Assembly (NCBI GenBank): GCA_951406725.2
Contig: OX597831.1
Coordinates: 8,494,001 to 8,558,000 of the forward strand
DNA length: 64,000 nucleotides
Origin: Octopus vulgaris
Lineage: Eukaryota
Direction of reading: 5' to 3'
Below are positions 25,601-37,176 of this stretch, one piece after another (position 1 is the stretch's first letter; each line of letters begins with the position of its first letter). Position numbers and translations under genes: made by a program. The notes under the pieces are model-generated. The model was given only the letters and a program-made list of their open reading frames with translations, was not told the DNA's origin and did not search any database.

Positions 25601-28600
25601 CAGCCCACTCTTCTTCCTCTCATGCAGTCATATCAACAAGAAAAAGAAAAGCCCTGGGTCAGTTTCATTGTCTATATATTGGAATATTGGTAAATGTTGT
25701 TACGGAGCTTAAAAGGAAGAGCTATACTTGTTATTGGAATTTTGGTAAAAGCTTATAGAGCATGTCCTTCTCTTCATTCACATAATGGTTTCTGTTTCTT
25801 CACTGTTCTAGATGACCTCACAGAAGAGGTTTTGGAAGACATCAAAGGTAATTTACATTTTTTTTTAAAGTTTTGCTTTCATATTTTACTCTTTTGTTAT
25901 TGTATTTTTTTTTTAATTTTGGAAATAAGGAAGAACTCAGTAAAGTAACTTTATTAAAATAGTGTTTGATCATAAATAAATAAAAAATTTTTGCTGGAAT
26001 CATGTTTGGAACCCAGGAGAAGCCTCATGTGGGTTGCAAAAGGGTTATCATCATCATATTCTTTGAACCCTTGGAATGTAAGTCTGTTGATGCTTCCAAC
26101 CTAAAGAACATATGGCCCTTTTTATTTATGAAATAAAAAAAAAAAATTAAAAAAAGAAAGAAAAGCAAAAATAAGGTTGTTATTATTTAAAATTCTGTTA
26201 AAATTATTTTCAAAAGCCTGTACAATGCAAGTTTGAAATAAAGGATTGAAAACTTAAATGAAATAAAATAAAACAAAACAAGCACCTTACACCTGTACTT
26301 TATATGCTAATATTGTGGTGTTAAAAGCCCTTTATCAAGAGAAAATGGAGGATGGTGGTGAACAGCTGTCTTTTACACAGATATACAAGTTGGGTTTTGA
26401 GGCAGAGATATGTCTAGGTTGGTCTCATAATAGCAAATCAGGTTCTTGTAATTGATGCCTGCTTACTAAATAGATTTATTGGATTAATGAGGTTAACTTC
26501 CTTAATCCTTAAATGATCAATGTTCTATTCTGTGGCTTTCAGAGTGTTCATGATGATTTATTCTTTAAAATGCCTGAATACACTAAGAAAAAAATTTTCT
26601 TGAAAATAATAGGAGCCAGCATGGCTGTGTGGTAAAGAAGCTTGCTTTGCAACCATGAGGTTATAGGTTCTGCGTCACTGCATGGGTACATATCTTCTGC
26701 TATGGCTCCAGCAGCAACCAATGCTGTGTGAGTGAATTTAGTAGATGGAAATTGTGTAGAAGCCCATCGTGTTTATGTGTGTGTGTGTGTGTCCCACTAT
26801 CACTGCTGTTTGACTACTAGTGTTGGTTTGTTTATGTTCCCGTTTGGCAAAAGAGAGTTATAGAATGAGTACCAGATTTTAAAAGATGAAAAAGGAGTAC
26901 TGGTGTTGATGTGTTTGAGTAAATCCTCCGGGGCAGTGCCTCCAGCATGGCCACAGCCCAGTGACTGAGACAAACAAAAGATGAAAGATTGGTTGGCAGA
27001 ATTGTTAACAATTCAGCTAGCTGGCAATGCTTTGTGGCATTTCAATCATCTTAACATCCTGAGTTGGCCGTATCAATCTCATCCACCTTATAAATACAAA
27101 TAATCAGACCTTCAGGATTATTCAAAAGAAATAATCTTTTCCATTCACACTGAATATTGTTGTTTTTTTTTGTTTATTGTAGTTTTATTTTTATTTCTTC
27201 TATTTTGTTGTCTTTTTTTTTCTTTTTGCAGTTCGTTGCTGTTTTGTCACAAATATTAACCGAGCAAAGCAAATATTATCAGTCTACTGTGGGAAAGAAG
27301 ATTCAAGCAAGGTTTCTATTTTATTCTTCGTAAATCTTCCTACAAGTTAAAACGCATGCACACACACACATATACACACTCTGGACAAGTTTCTTTCAGT
27401 TTCTCTCTACCAAATCCACTCGCAAGGCTTGTTTGGTTAGCCTGGGGCTAAAGTTGAAGACACTTGCCCAAATTGCCCTGCTTCTGTGTCGATTTCCAAT
27501 TGTTTCATCTACACAGCCTTGTAATAGAGTGGACCCTGCTAAAGGCCATACGCTGGTGATGAATTCAGTTGACCAATAAGCTTCCGCGAAACTTCTATAT
27601 ATTGAATAAGGCTTTGGATATTTATGTGAAAGAAAGCCAAGTTCTATAGGTGAAGGGACACAACTCGGACGGAATTAAATATCTCCAACCATTTTTCTTT
27701 GTGATGCACAGATTTTGTTCAACCAAAATACGCACACACAAACATACACACAGCAAACTACTTTTGTTCTATCATTTATTTGTCAAACTCTCCTTTTTAC
27801 CATCCCTACATATTTTTCTTTTCCAGTTGCCGCCTTCACCACCTGATGTGGAATACCCATTCAATGGGGACAGTTTCCTGCATATCAGCGGAAGAGTGAG
27901 GTAAGTTTTTTTCAGTGAAACCTTGTAACTTCATTGAATAATAACAGCTGAACATTAATAGAAATGTGTCATTACAGAAGATTGGAAACAAAAGGACACT
28001 GCTCGTGCGACAGTGACACTCCTTTATAACGACCAGGTGATGTCAAGATGAAACTCAAACATTCACACACACACACACATGATGTCCTCCTATCTTTTTT
28101 TGTCCAGAAAGCTTAGGTCATCACTCAGGACTAGAATGCAAACCACTTACCTAAGATGCCATGTAATGGGACTGAACTCGGAGCCATGTGGTTGGGAAGT
28201 GAACTTATTAACCATGCAACCATACCTCATCATCGTCGTTTAACGTCCGCTTCCCATGCTGGCATGGGTTTGACTGCGGGCTGGCAAGCCAGAAGGCTGC
28301 ACCAGGCTCCAATCTGATCTGGCATAGTTTCTACAGCTGGATGTCCTTCCTAATGCCAACAACTCTGAGAGTGTAGTGGGTGCTTTTTATGTGCCACCAG
28401 CATGTGGGCCAGTCAGTCGGTACTGACATCAACCACGCTTAAATGGTGCTTTTCACGTGCCACTGGCATGGGACCAGTCAGCCTTGTCTTCTATAAAATG
28501 GTATCTCTTTTGGAGTGAAATATTTAACTCCTCAACTTGATGCTCATAAAATCAGAACTATGCACTGGTTTGTCCAGAGTCTTTGATGCTCCTAGAAGTA

Positions 28601-31600
28601 TTTTTTAACCATCTCTGCATTGTATATTTACAATTTATTTTTGAATGTCTTTCACTATTGTATGGTATTCTTTGACAACTTTGGAAAAGGCAGTGGAACT
28701 AAATGTATATATAATGGAACTATTGTATTTACTTGTGCATCGTCATCACCCTCATCATTTAAGAGGTGTTTTCTGTGCTGTCATGGGTTGGACGCTTTGA
28801 CCAGAGCTGGCAAATCAGGGAGCTGCACCAAGTTCTAATTGTCTGTTTTGGCATGGTTTCTACAGCTGGATGCCGTTCCTAATGCCAACCACTTTACAGA
28901 GTCTATTGGGTGCTTTTTTCTATGTGGGACAAGCACAGGTGCTTCATGCATGGCACCAGCACTAGTGTCATGTGGTACCAGCATGGGTGCTTCATATGTG
29001 GCACTGGCACAAGTATCATGTGGCACCAGCACAGGTGCTTCATGTGTGACACTGGCACAAGTATCGTGTGGCACCAGCATGGGTGCTTCATGTGTGTACA
29101 AAACCTCAAGGCCAAAATTGTTAGGAAGTTGCTAGTATTTTACTTGAGTGGAACAAGACAAAACATATTGATATTTTAGGTAGAAAAAGTGTGTTTGTGC
29201 GGATTGCATTGTCCTTGAATATTCATGCCAGTACCAAAGAGCTTGACTGCCATATTTTCTGATTATCTTCTGACTTACTCTTGGTGTATGTGTGTTTGGC
29301 ATATGGCTTAGTGGTTAGGATGTTGCACTCGAAATTGTAGGATCATGGTTTCGATTCCCAGATCAAGCAGTTTGTTGTGGCCTTGAGCAAAAACGGTCCA
29401 TTTCCCATTGGTCCAGTTCACTCAGCCGTAAATGCTATCCAACAATAGCTGGGAAGTTAACCCTGTGATGGAATGTTGTAATCTCAATTACTTAGACACT
29501 CTGGAAATTGAGTTAAGCTGTGGCCTTTTGAGCCCTAGGGGCTCATGGTAGACCCTAGCTTATGTGTATTTTCTTTTATTCTTCTGTATTTCTTGTAATT
29601 AAGTTTTATTATTTTTTTTGCTGGGTTCCATTCAAGATTTTGTCACATGTCCCATTCCTGTCTTTCTTTGACCTTTTTCTTTTCAGAGAGGAGGCTTGTG
29701 AAGTTTTGTTTGAGCAGGATAACGAAGAGATGTCGTTATCAACTATGATCTTGGATTCTTTAATTAAGGTAAGAGATCAGCTTCCATCAGCTAAAGCACA
29801 CTCAATAAGCTTCTTTCTGTTTCCATCTACCAAATCCACTTGCAAGAGTTTGGTAGGCTTTGCAATGGAACTGAACCCAGAGAAATCTCTTTTTGTTCAC
29901 TTTATCACACACACACACACGCGCGTTCCAATGTGTATTTTTAATATTGGTTGATACATTTAATTTTGATTGCTAAAGTATGTTTTGAATTTATATTTCA
30001 CTAATGGCTTAAAATTCTAATTTTGTAGTGTCCAATTGATACGCGTCGTGAATTAGCTGAAAACCTTATCCTCACAGGCGGAACTTGTCAGTTACCTGGG
30101 TTTTATAGTCGACTCCAGAAAGAACTTTATGACCAATTAAGCAAACCAAGATACTCTGAGAAGCTAAAAATTCAAACTTTTAAGTTCCACCAGCCACCTT
30201 GCATCGAAAACTATACTGCTTGGCTGGGAGGTACGTACACTAATCCTATTTTTGCTTATATTATCTTCTTATATTCTGTAAATTATTAGAAGTCTCTTTG
30301 TTGTGAGATTTACTGTTTTATGGCTATATGATATTTGTGTTTCATGGAAGTAACTGAATTCCTTTCGAGCATTGGGCCTCACAGAGGCAAAGTGACTGAG
30401 TTCCTTTTGAGCGCTGGGCCTCACAGAGGCAAAGTGGCTGAGTTCCTTTTGAGCGTTGGGGCTCACAGAGGCAAAGTGACTGAGTTCCTTTTGAGCATTG
30501 GGCCTCACAGAGGCAAAGTGACTGAGTTCCTTTCGAGTGTTGGGCCTCACAGAGGCAATGCTCAAGATCTTTGGCATTATGTCATGCTTGAGAAGAAAAC
30601 CTATCAAGCCAAGCAAAATTGCAGTTGTGGCAGATACTGGTGTAATGCAAATGGCATGTAAAAGCACCCATTACACTCTTGGAGTGGCTGACATTAGGAA
30701 GGGCATTCAACCATAGAAAAGTATGCCAAATCAGACTGGAGTCTGGTGAAGCCTGCTAGCTTGCCAGCCCTGGTCTAACTGTCCATCCCAGGCTAGCATA
30801 GACAACAGACAGTAAATGATGATGATGATGATTGCCATGCAAAAAGCACCCAGTACACTCTAATGTGGTTGGTGCTAGGAATGGCCTCCAGCTATAGAAA
30901 TCATGCCATTCACAGACAACTGGAGCCTTGTGTGGCTTCCAGCCTTACCAGCTCCTCCCAAGTTATCCAACCCATTGGCAGCATCGAAAACAGACATTGA
31001 ATGACAATGATGAAGATGATAATTATATTTTTGGTGTGTGATCCTTGTCAAACATTTCAAATGTTTATTTTTCATATTTCTTGGCAGCAAAAATATATTT
31101 GTAAGTTTGATTTGAAGTTCTCTGTTAAACCAGTAATCTCTCAAATCAACATCTAACGTCCACTTTTTCATGCTGGCATGGGTTAGGGTTAGGCAGATTT
31201 CGTATGGCTGGATGCCCTTGCTGTTGCCAACCCTTGCTTGTTTAGAAGCAAGCTAATGTTTTCTAAGGCTAGACATGTTTTCTACAGAAAGCTGAAAACG
31301 AGACAGCCATCATGTGATGTCAAGACACACAAACACAGCTTCAGCCATAGTCTTGGATCAACCAAATCCTTGTGAGTGGATTTGACAGACAGAAGCCCTT
31401 TGTGTATTTATGTTCATTTAATCATGGATGGACTTAATCACTTGATCTTACTTGTACTTGTGGCGACATTCACCCAGGGCGGGTTGAGTTGGCTTCTTCT
31501 ACCACCCTCGAGGCATCTCGAACCATGGCAGCCCACGCACGACGGTCCTGCGCCAGTTCACTGGAGATAGCGAGCCAGTCACGGTTCCATCGGCGCAGGC

Positions 31601-32371
31601 CGACCACCTGCGGTCCTGTGAGCACGTTAATGCCAGTTGGAAAGTGGAGTTGGGAGAAGGACATCACGGCTCAGTTCGCCCACCAGACGCCTACATCCCT
31701 CCTCACCGTGGTGGGGACGCTGACAACGGGTAGTGTCAGAGCTATGCCGTCGGGAACTTCGGTTCCTGGTAGGGCTACCCAAGGCGGATTGGTCTGACAT
31801 CAAGTGGTATTAGGGCCACAACCCGGCAGACGGGGCTCTAGTGAAAATGCTCGGAGTGTCTGTTTCGGCAACTGACGGCTCCTCGGTCGTTCTGTCCCTG
31901 CATCTGCGGACAATCTGCGGCAAACAGGATGTCTCTACATGCGGGATTGTTGGGGACCACTTGTGAAATCCACATATTTCCACGAAACTTCTAATCACTT
32001 GATAAATGCAGACCAATCAAATGACTGACAAAATGGTCAGGTTGATGTGATTGACTCAAAATACCTTGAATTTGGTGCCTCAGCAAGAAGCAGACCAAAC
32101 TCTGGAACAAATAAAAGAGTGTTTTTCTTTCTTTTTTTTTTTAAGACCTGTTATAAAAGAAAACAAGACAAACACCTTCAATGTTTGTGTTTGAAATTTC
32201 TGTTTATTTCTCATTTATCTTGTGGTATATTATAATCTTAACGTATTTTATATTCCAGGAGCAATTGCTGGTGCTATGATAACCTTACCTGGCCGTTCTG
32301 TGTCTCGTGAAAGCTTTATGGAAAACAATACTTTACCAGACTGGTGTAAGCTTCTGGAGAAAACCGAGTAA
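14409..32371 (+). CDS. ACTR10: Actin-related protein 10 (Arp11, dynactin pointed-end subunit), whole gene; 13 coding exons, 1164 nt, 387 aa
   Basis: Spliced translation [28 protein letters not shown]...[13 protein letters not shown]...VLEDIK...[10 protein letters not shown]...[13 protein letters not shown]...AWLGGAI...PDWC matches ACTR10-specific segments as I recall them. All 12 intron phases close. Confidence 0.96.
15025..15194. mobile_element. Small MITE-like foldback in ACTR10 intron 1
   Basis: 28-bp inverted repeats (15025-15052 and 15167-15194, one mismatch); internal CCCTAA copies. Confidence 0.6.
16899..16968 (+). CDS. ACTR10: ACTR10 exon 2 ([23 protein letters not shown])
   Basis: TTTTTCAG acceptor, GTAAAG donor; KCGFAGE-x-GPR motif. 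Confidence 0.95.
17200..17507 (+). mobile_element. SINE family B copy (GGAAGGGCATCCAGCTGTAGAAA core, (GAT)n tail)
   Basis: Core and tail GCTAGCATGGA...CGGACGTTAAACGATGATGATG recur at about 1358-1615(-), 2517-2850(+), 16012-16230(-), 20105-20300(+), 22012-22340(-), 25290-25592(+), 28228-28480(-), 36320-36630(-). Confidence 0.85.
18390..18772 (+). mobile_element. tRNA-derived SINE family A, near full-length copy
   Basis: Head with A/B-box-like TGGTAAGAAG...GGTTCAGTCC, internal (TA)n, tail CCAGCATGACCGCAGTCAAATGACTGAAACA. Further copies at about 1987-2327(-), 6370-6763(+), 8945-9280(+), 15385-15668(-), 26618-26990(+), 35168-35534(-), 35805-36145(+). Confidence 0.85.
19090..19169 (+). CDS. ACTR10: ACTR10 exon 3 ([27 protein letters not shown])
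   Basis: TTTTTCAG acceptor, GTTTGT donor; ELY..LKEF...LYFR segment. Confidence 0.93.
19795..20016. mobile_element. Penelope-like terminal fragment with inverted arms and a degenerate hammerhead (19857-19910, minus strand)
   Basis: Minus strand reads GTCT-CTGATGA-AGGGATA...ATCCC-GAAA-ACAACTGTA-AGAC. An inverted partial copy GAAACAGCTGTAAGAC lies at about 19956. Arms at about 19797-19838 and 19974-20015 are near-perfect reverse complements. Confidence 0.6.
21184..21292 (+). CDS. ACTR10: ACTR10 exon 4 ([36 protein letters not shown])
   Basis: TTCTTGCAG acceptor, GTAAGA donor. Confidence 0.95.
22576..22683 (+). CDS. ACTR10: ACTR10 exon 5 ([36 protein letters not shown])
   Basis: Long pyrimidine tract with CTCAG acceptor; ends at the U12-type donor GTATCCTTT. 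Confidence 0.95.
22684..23824 (+). other. U12-type (minor spliceosome) GT-AG intron, ACTR10 intron 5
   Basis: 5' site GTATCCTTT. Branch point TCCTTAAC at 23806-23813, ending 11 nt before the exon boundary. No polypyrimidine tract between branch point and AG. The join IP|IYE restores the conserved frame. Confidence 0.95.
23825..23892 (+). CDS. ACTR10: ACTR10 exon 6 ([23 protein letters not shown])
   Basis: U12 acceptor, GTAAGT donor; LPLxGKAxH segment. Confidence 0.94.
24787..24863 (+). CDS. ACTR10: ACTR10 exon 7 ([25 protein letters not shown])
   Basis: TTTCAG acceptor, GTAAGT donor. Poorly conserved segment, but its phases (2 in, 1 out) are required to link exons 6 and 8. Confidence 0.82.
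25812..25847 (+). CDS. ACTR10: ACTR10 exon 8 ([12 protein letters not shown]), 36 nt
   Basis: TGTTCTAG acceptor, GTAATT donor; VLEDIK motif. Confidence 0.92.
27232..27311 (+). CDS. ACTR10: ACTR10 exon 9 ([27 protein letters not shown])
   Basis: Strong polypyrimidine tract with TTTTTGCAG; GTTTCT donor; R-x-CFV motif. Confidence 0.9.
27827..27900 (+). CDS. ACTR10: ACTR10 exon 10 ([25 protein letters not shown])
   Basis: TTTTCCAG acceptor, GTAAGT donor. Confidence 0.94.
28925..29095. repeat. 48-bp minisatellite (about 3.5 copies) derived from the SINE family B interior
   Basis: Unit like GGCACCAGCACAGGTGCTTCATGTGTGACACTGGCACAAGTATCGTGT; 16-aa periodicity in the ORF track. Confidence 0.85.
29687..29768 (+). 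CDS. ACTR10: ACTR10 exon 11 ([27 protein letters not shown])
   Basis: TTTTCAG acceptor, GTAAGA donor; LFEQDNEE motif. Confidence 0.96.
30029..30230 (+). CDS. ACTR10: ACTR10 exon 12 ([25 protein letters not shown]...[12 protein letters not shown])
   Basis: TTTTGTAG acceptor, GTACGT donor; actin-fold GGT and AWLGG motifs. Confidence 0.96.
30353..30558. repeat. 42-bp minisatellite (5 copies) inside a SINE family B element
   Basis: Unit ACTGAGTTCCTTTTGAGCATTGGGCCTCACAGAGGCAAAGTG; 14-aa periodicity in the ORF track; no spacers. Confidence 0.9.
31447..31991 (-). mobile_element. Internally deleted non-autonomous RTE-type retroposon with 12-bp TSD
   Basis: TSD TAATCACTTGAT at 31435-31446 and 31992-32003. 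The 3' part encodes the RTE-like C-terminus [16 protein letters not shown] with a (CAAGT)n-like tail. The 5' part has an RTE 5'UTR-like CCCTACCAGG...CCCGACGGCATAGC segment. Confidence 0.8.
32259..32371 (+). CDS. ACTR10: ACTR10 last coding exon ([37 protein letters not shown])
   Basis: TATTCCAG acceptor; RSVS and PDWC motifs; TAA at 32369-32371. Confidence 0.94.
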
Positions 32372-32716
32372 CTCTTCCAGCAGAAACTAGACTTCTTTCT
32401 GGCTGTTGTCTTTCTGTCATAATGTCAATATAGAACAATGAAAAATGCTTTCATTAGCAACAACAACTCTTAACAGCATGGGGAACAACAACAATAACAA
32501 AACCCTTTAAACATAAAAGAGGATGAAATGCTTGGCAGTTTATTTCTACTGGCAACATTTAGTCTTATGTTATTACTATAAAGGCCCAACTTTATTTATT
32601 TTTTTTTTGTTCTGTGAATGCTTCCTGGGTTGGTAGGTGGGGCTGGGTCCTCCTGCTTATAATTATTTTGAAGGGATTATTGTCTTGGTAAACATAAATC
32701 GTTTAACTGTTGAACA

Positions 32717-32722
32717 AATAAA
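32717..32722 (+). terminator. Candidate polyadenylation signal of ACTR10
   Basis: AATAAA about 345 nt after the stop codon, just before the microsatellite block. Confidence 0.5.
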
Positions 32723-32799
32723 TCCTATGGCTACATGTAGCGGATAATCTTTATCCTCTTTGTACATTTACAAAGGTGTGCTCTTATATAAGTGTGTGC

Positions 32800-32812
32800 A
32801 TAATACATACAT

Positions 32813-32866
<54 letters not shown>

Positions 32867-32887
32867 TGTGTGCATGTAATAAATATC

Positions 32888-32918
<31 letters not shown>

Positions 32919-33150
32919 GCTGTGTGTGTGTAATAAATATGTGTGTGTGTGTGTGTGTATATGCTGTGTGTGTATGTATGTATGTATGATGTATATACAT
33001 ATATATATGTATGTATATATGATGTATATGTATGTATATATATGATGTATATATATGAAATATATATATGTATGTATGCATATATATGAAAAATATATAT
33101 ATATATATATATGTAGATAGCATGTGAAGAGAGAGTGTGTGTGTGTATGA
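32800..33150. repeat. Compound (TA)n/(TG)n/(TATG)n microsatellite downstream of ACTR10
   Basis: Direct reading. Confidence 0.95.
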
Positions 33151-35167
33151 CAATCCAGGGTTGTGTAATCTAGGTTTACAAAAGTTCACAGTGATGATAA
33201 TATTTTTGTGATTTCATTTCACCCTTGAATATAAACACGAAATGTCCTTGGTTTCTGTTTAAGTAATTCCGTTGCTTTCAAATGTTCTTTGTTACTCAAT
33301 TCTGCTTATTTATTTCTTGCCTGCATTCCCCCCACCCCCACTCCCTTCCACCTTCAGCCTTCTTTTAACCTTCAACTTGTTAACTCAATGGTTATATGAA
33401 CAACAGTTATGATGCTAAAATTCCAAATTGTTTTCAAACCATTTCTGCAGCTACAGTGAATACTTCAACGAGGAAGCCACTACAAGGTTGTTCAGTCTGT
33501 AAGAAATTGCAGCTAAATCTTCCTCAAATTGCGACCAAACATCTTAAAAATATAAAATGAAGAAAAATATGTTCATATTGGTTAATGTGGTCTGAACAAA
33601 TAAATATACTCTGTTATATGTATTGAGTACTCTTTGTCCTATTTATCTATTTACAAAGATGTGTGTGGTTTGTATAGGTGTTGATTGGGACTTTTTTTCA
33701 CCTGACAGCTTATTTCTCAGCTTGACTTATTCAGTAACTCATCGGGTGAAGAGGTCTAAGTCAACACATTTAGAAAATTCAGGCCTTGTGCCTAGAATAG
33801 AAAAGAATAAATTTGACTCTACTCCCAGTATTGTCCCTCATGTCAGTAAATATTTATTAAACTTGCTTTAAAATAATGAGTTTATACATGTGTGTGTATA
33901 TATATATATATATATAGGGAGAGTTTACGAAAAAAAACAAAAGACGAAGACAGGTGGTGTACAAAACAAACAGATGTATTAGTATAACACTCAGGAATAG
34001 AAAAAGTCTTTTACATTTCGAGCCTACGCTCTTCTACAGAAAGGGACACAGAAAAAAACAAGGAGAGAAAACAAACATACATACATACAATAATCCTCGA
34101 CTATCGCGAGTGTTCTTTCAAAACTCCTCTGCGATAGGTGAAAATCTGCAAAGTAGAAACAGTACTGTACTGTATATTTTTTTTAATTATTTTTATAATT
34201 TCTATATATTTATTCTGTTATAAATGCAAAACAACACAATGGAGGAATCGACGTAAACTTAAATAATAAAACGTGAAAAGGTGAACTGCAATATGGCGTG
34301 GGGATTACTTTATTATAAGTTACAATTAAAGTTTCAATTTAAAATTTAAACGTTGCATATTGGGTATGTCTTTAGTAGTATGTCAACAGAAGCATGTTCA
34401 CTACCTATGGTTACCTGACATCATCCACAGTAATAGCACAGTCGTTACTGAGTTTACGTTAGGAATTCCTCGGTGTGTGTTGAATACAGTAGAAACAATG
34501 GCCATGGAAGATGGAGCATACAGGAAACTTTATTTATTACGACGACTGTTTCGAGACATCCTGCATCGTTCCCTCAGGGATAGGAAACTATGCTTTGACT
34601 CCTTGTGGGGTGCATCGTAATTGTATAGTTTCCCATCTGCAAGGGAGCAATGGAGGATGTTTCGAAACGATTGTTGTGATAAATGAAGTTTCCAGTATAC
34701 TCTGTGTTGCGTATCCAATGTTTCTACGATATACATATTATATAAAATCATGAAAAAACAAGAGAAATATGATAAAATTTATTTTACCATTAGAAATACT
34801 TATAATATATTTCTTGTTATTTATAGTTTTATAAATCATGCTGAATCTCCCCGAGAAATATGTTAAGGGTACACATGTCTGTGGAATGTTCAGCCACTTG
34901 CTCTTTAATTTCATGAACAGGCTATTCTGTTGACTGGATCAGCTGGAACCATCATCGTTGTAACTAACAGAGTGCCATAGTAAACTAAAGGATAACTTCA
35001 AGCATTGTAATATTGGCCTCAACTCTTGGGAAAACCTTGCTGTGAAAAGCAAAACAAGTGGGGAATTACTGTTTTAAAGTGGTTCTAAGTGAGCAGAAAG
35101 GAAATGTGAGAGAGAGCGGGAGCAAGAAAACAGAAAGAAACTGGGGAATAAAAGATAGAGTAAGAGT

Positions 35168-35534
35168 CTCTTTTACTTGTTTCAGTCATTTAACTGTGGC
35201 CATGCTGGAGCACCGCCTTTAGTTGAGCAATTCAACCCCAGGACTTATTCTTTGTAAGCCTAGTACTTATTCTATCGGTGTCTTTTGCTGAACCGCTAAG
35301 TTATGGGGATGTAAACACACCCAGCATTGGTTGTCAAGCGATGTTGAGGGGAAAACGCACACATACACACATACATATATACGACGGGCTTCTTTCAGTT
35401 TCCGTCTTCCAAGTTCACTCACAAGGCTTTGGTCGGTCCGAGGCTATAGTAGAAGACACTTGCCCAAGGTGCCATGCAGTGGGACTGAACCCGGAACCAT
35501 GTGGTTGGTAAGGAAGCTACTTACCACACAGCCC
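35168..35534 (-). mobile_element. SINE family A copy
   Basis: Reverse complement of the family A sequence, full length. Confidence 0.85.
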
Positions 35535-36925
35535 CTCCAAAATCTTAAGAAGAGGCTTTAAAAATGTTCTGCTTCAAATGATTTTGATTTTGGTGATTTT
35601 AGGTTTGTAACATGCAGCAAAGCAGGGTTTGTTTCCTATTTCAGTCAGAACCATAAAGTGTCCTTTACATCCTGGCCAATGCTCAGCTGATGATCAAAGC
35701 AAAGATCCCAATCTGTGGAAACCTCATCTGATGTTTATGACAGGAAAGTCCATTGTATAGTTTGGTATTAACTGTATCTCAGTAACAGCATGTAACTAGG
35801 AACAAGTGTGGCTGTGTGGTAAGAAGTTTGCTTCTCAACCACATGGTTCCAGGTTCAGTCCCACTGCATGGCACCTTGGGCAAATGTCTTATACTATAGC
35901 CCCCGACCAACCAAAGCCTTGTGAGTGGATTTGGTTGATGGAAACTGAAAGAAGCTTGTGTATATATGTGTGTGTGCGTGTCTGTGTTTGTCCCACATCA
36001 CTTCTTGACAACTGGTGTTATGTTCCTGTAACTTAGCAGTTTGACATAAGAGACCAATAAAATTAGTACAAGCTTTAAAAAAAGCACTGCAAGTGGGATT
36101 TGTTAGACTAAAATTTCTTGACAGTTGTGCTCCACCATGGCCACAAAAGATTTATTTAAAGCTCCATACAATCTATAACACTCCAAAGTTCATCCTGAAA
36201 GTGGGTTTGTGCTAAGGAATTTGTAATTCTGTGATGTAGAAGCTGTAATATCCATATAAGAAGCATAATGAATATTTCAACAACGCATAAAGCTGTGTGA
36301 GTATTGTTAAACATTATCATAATCATCATCATCATCGTTTAACGTCTGCTTTCCGCATGGGTTGGACGATTTTGACTGAGGATGGCAAGCCAGAAGGCTG
36401 CACCAGGCTCCAAACTGATCTGGCAAGGTTCCTACAGCTGGATGCCCTTCCTAATGCCAACCACTCCGTGAGTGTAGTGGGTGCTTTTTACATGCCACCA
36501 GCACAAGGGCCAGTCAGGCAGTTCTGGCATCGACCACACTCAAACGATGCTTTTTACGTGTCACCGGCACAGGTGCCAGTCATGTGGTACTGGCATCGGC
36601 CACGACGATGATTTCACTTGACAGGTCTTGACAGGTCAAGTGTAGTTCATTCAACAATGTTTATTTGACAATGGTTTCAATCCTAGATCATCTTTCATCT
36701 TGCAGGTTTATGCTCAAAGGAGGTATTTCCTATATCACCTCATGCAGACATTTGTGCTCACTACAGTGTGTGTGCGTGCATAATGATTATATAAAGTATA
36801 GGTATGGCTGTGCGGAAAGAATTTTCTAGGTTCAGTCCCACTGCATGGCACCTTGGATAAGTACTTTTACTATAACCCAGGTACAAGCAAATCCTTGTAA
36901 TAAGGTAGATATATTTAATAATACA

Positions 36926-37176
36926 CTGTTGTGTCTGGGGAGAGTCATTTTCTTTTTGTGCCTTATAATGTAACACACTCACCGGTAAAATTTCCACTTT
37001 TTTTCTTATTTTTATTTTCCTAAAATTTTCGTTTTAGAGTCAAAATTATTGAAAGGGTTGCAAGATGCAACGAAAATTTTAGGAAAATAAAAATATGAAA
37101 AAAAAGGGTAAATTTTACTGGTGAGTGTGTTATATTATAAAGCACAAAAAGAAAATGCTCTCTCCAGACACAACAG
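36926..37176. mobile_element. Foldback / MITE-like element with about 105-bp inverted arms
   Basis: CTGTTGTGTCTGG...CCTAAAATTTTCGTT mirrored by AACGAAAATTTTAGG...CCAGACACAACAG. Confidence 0.75.

Noticed and set aside
30353-30558. Regular 42-bp repeats resembling a CRISPR array
   Set aside because: Units are contiguous with no unique spacers, lie within a SINE in a eukaryotic intron, and no cas genes are present.
32236-32258. TCTTAAC near the last ACTR10 acceptor, resembling a U12 branch point
   Set aside because: The matching donor is GTACGT, not GTATCCTT, so the intron is U2-type.
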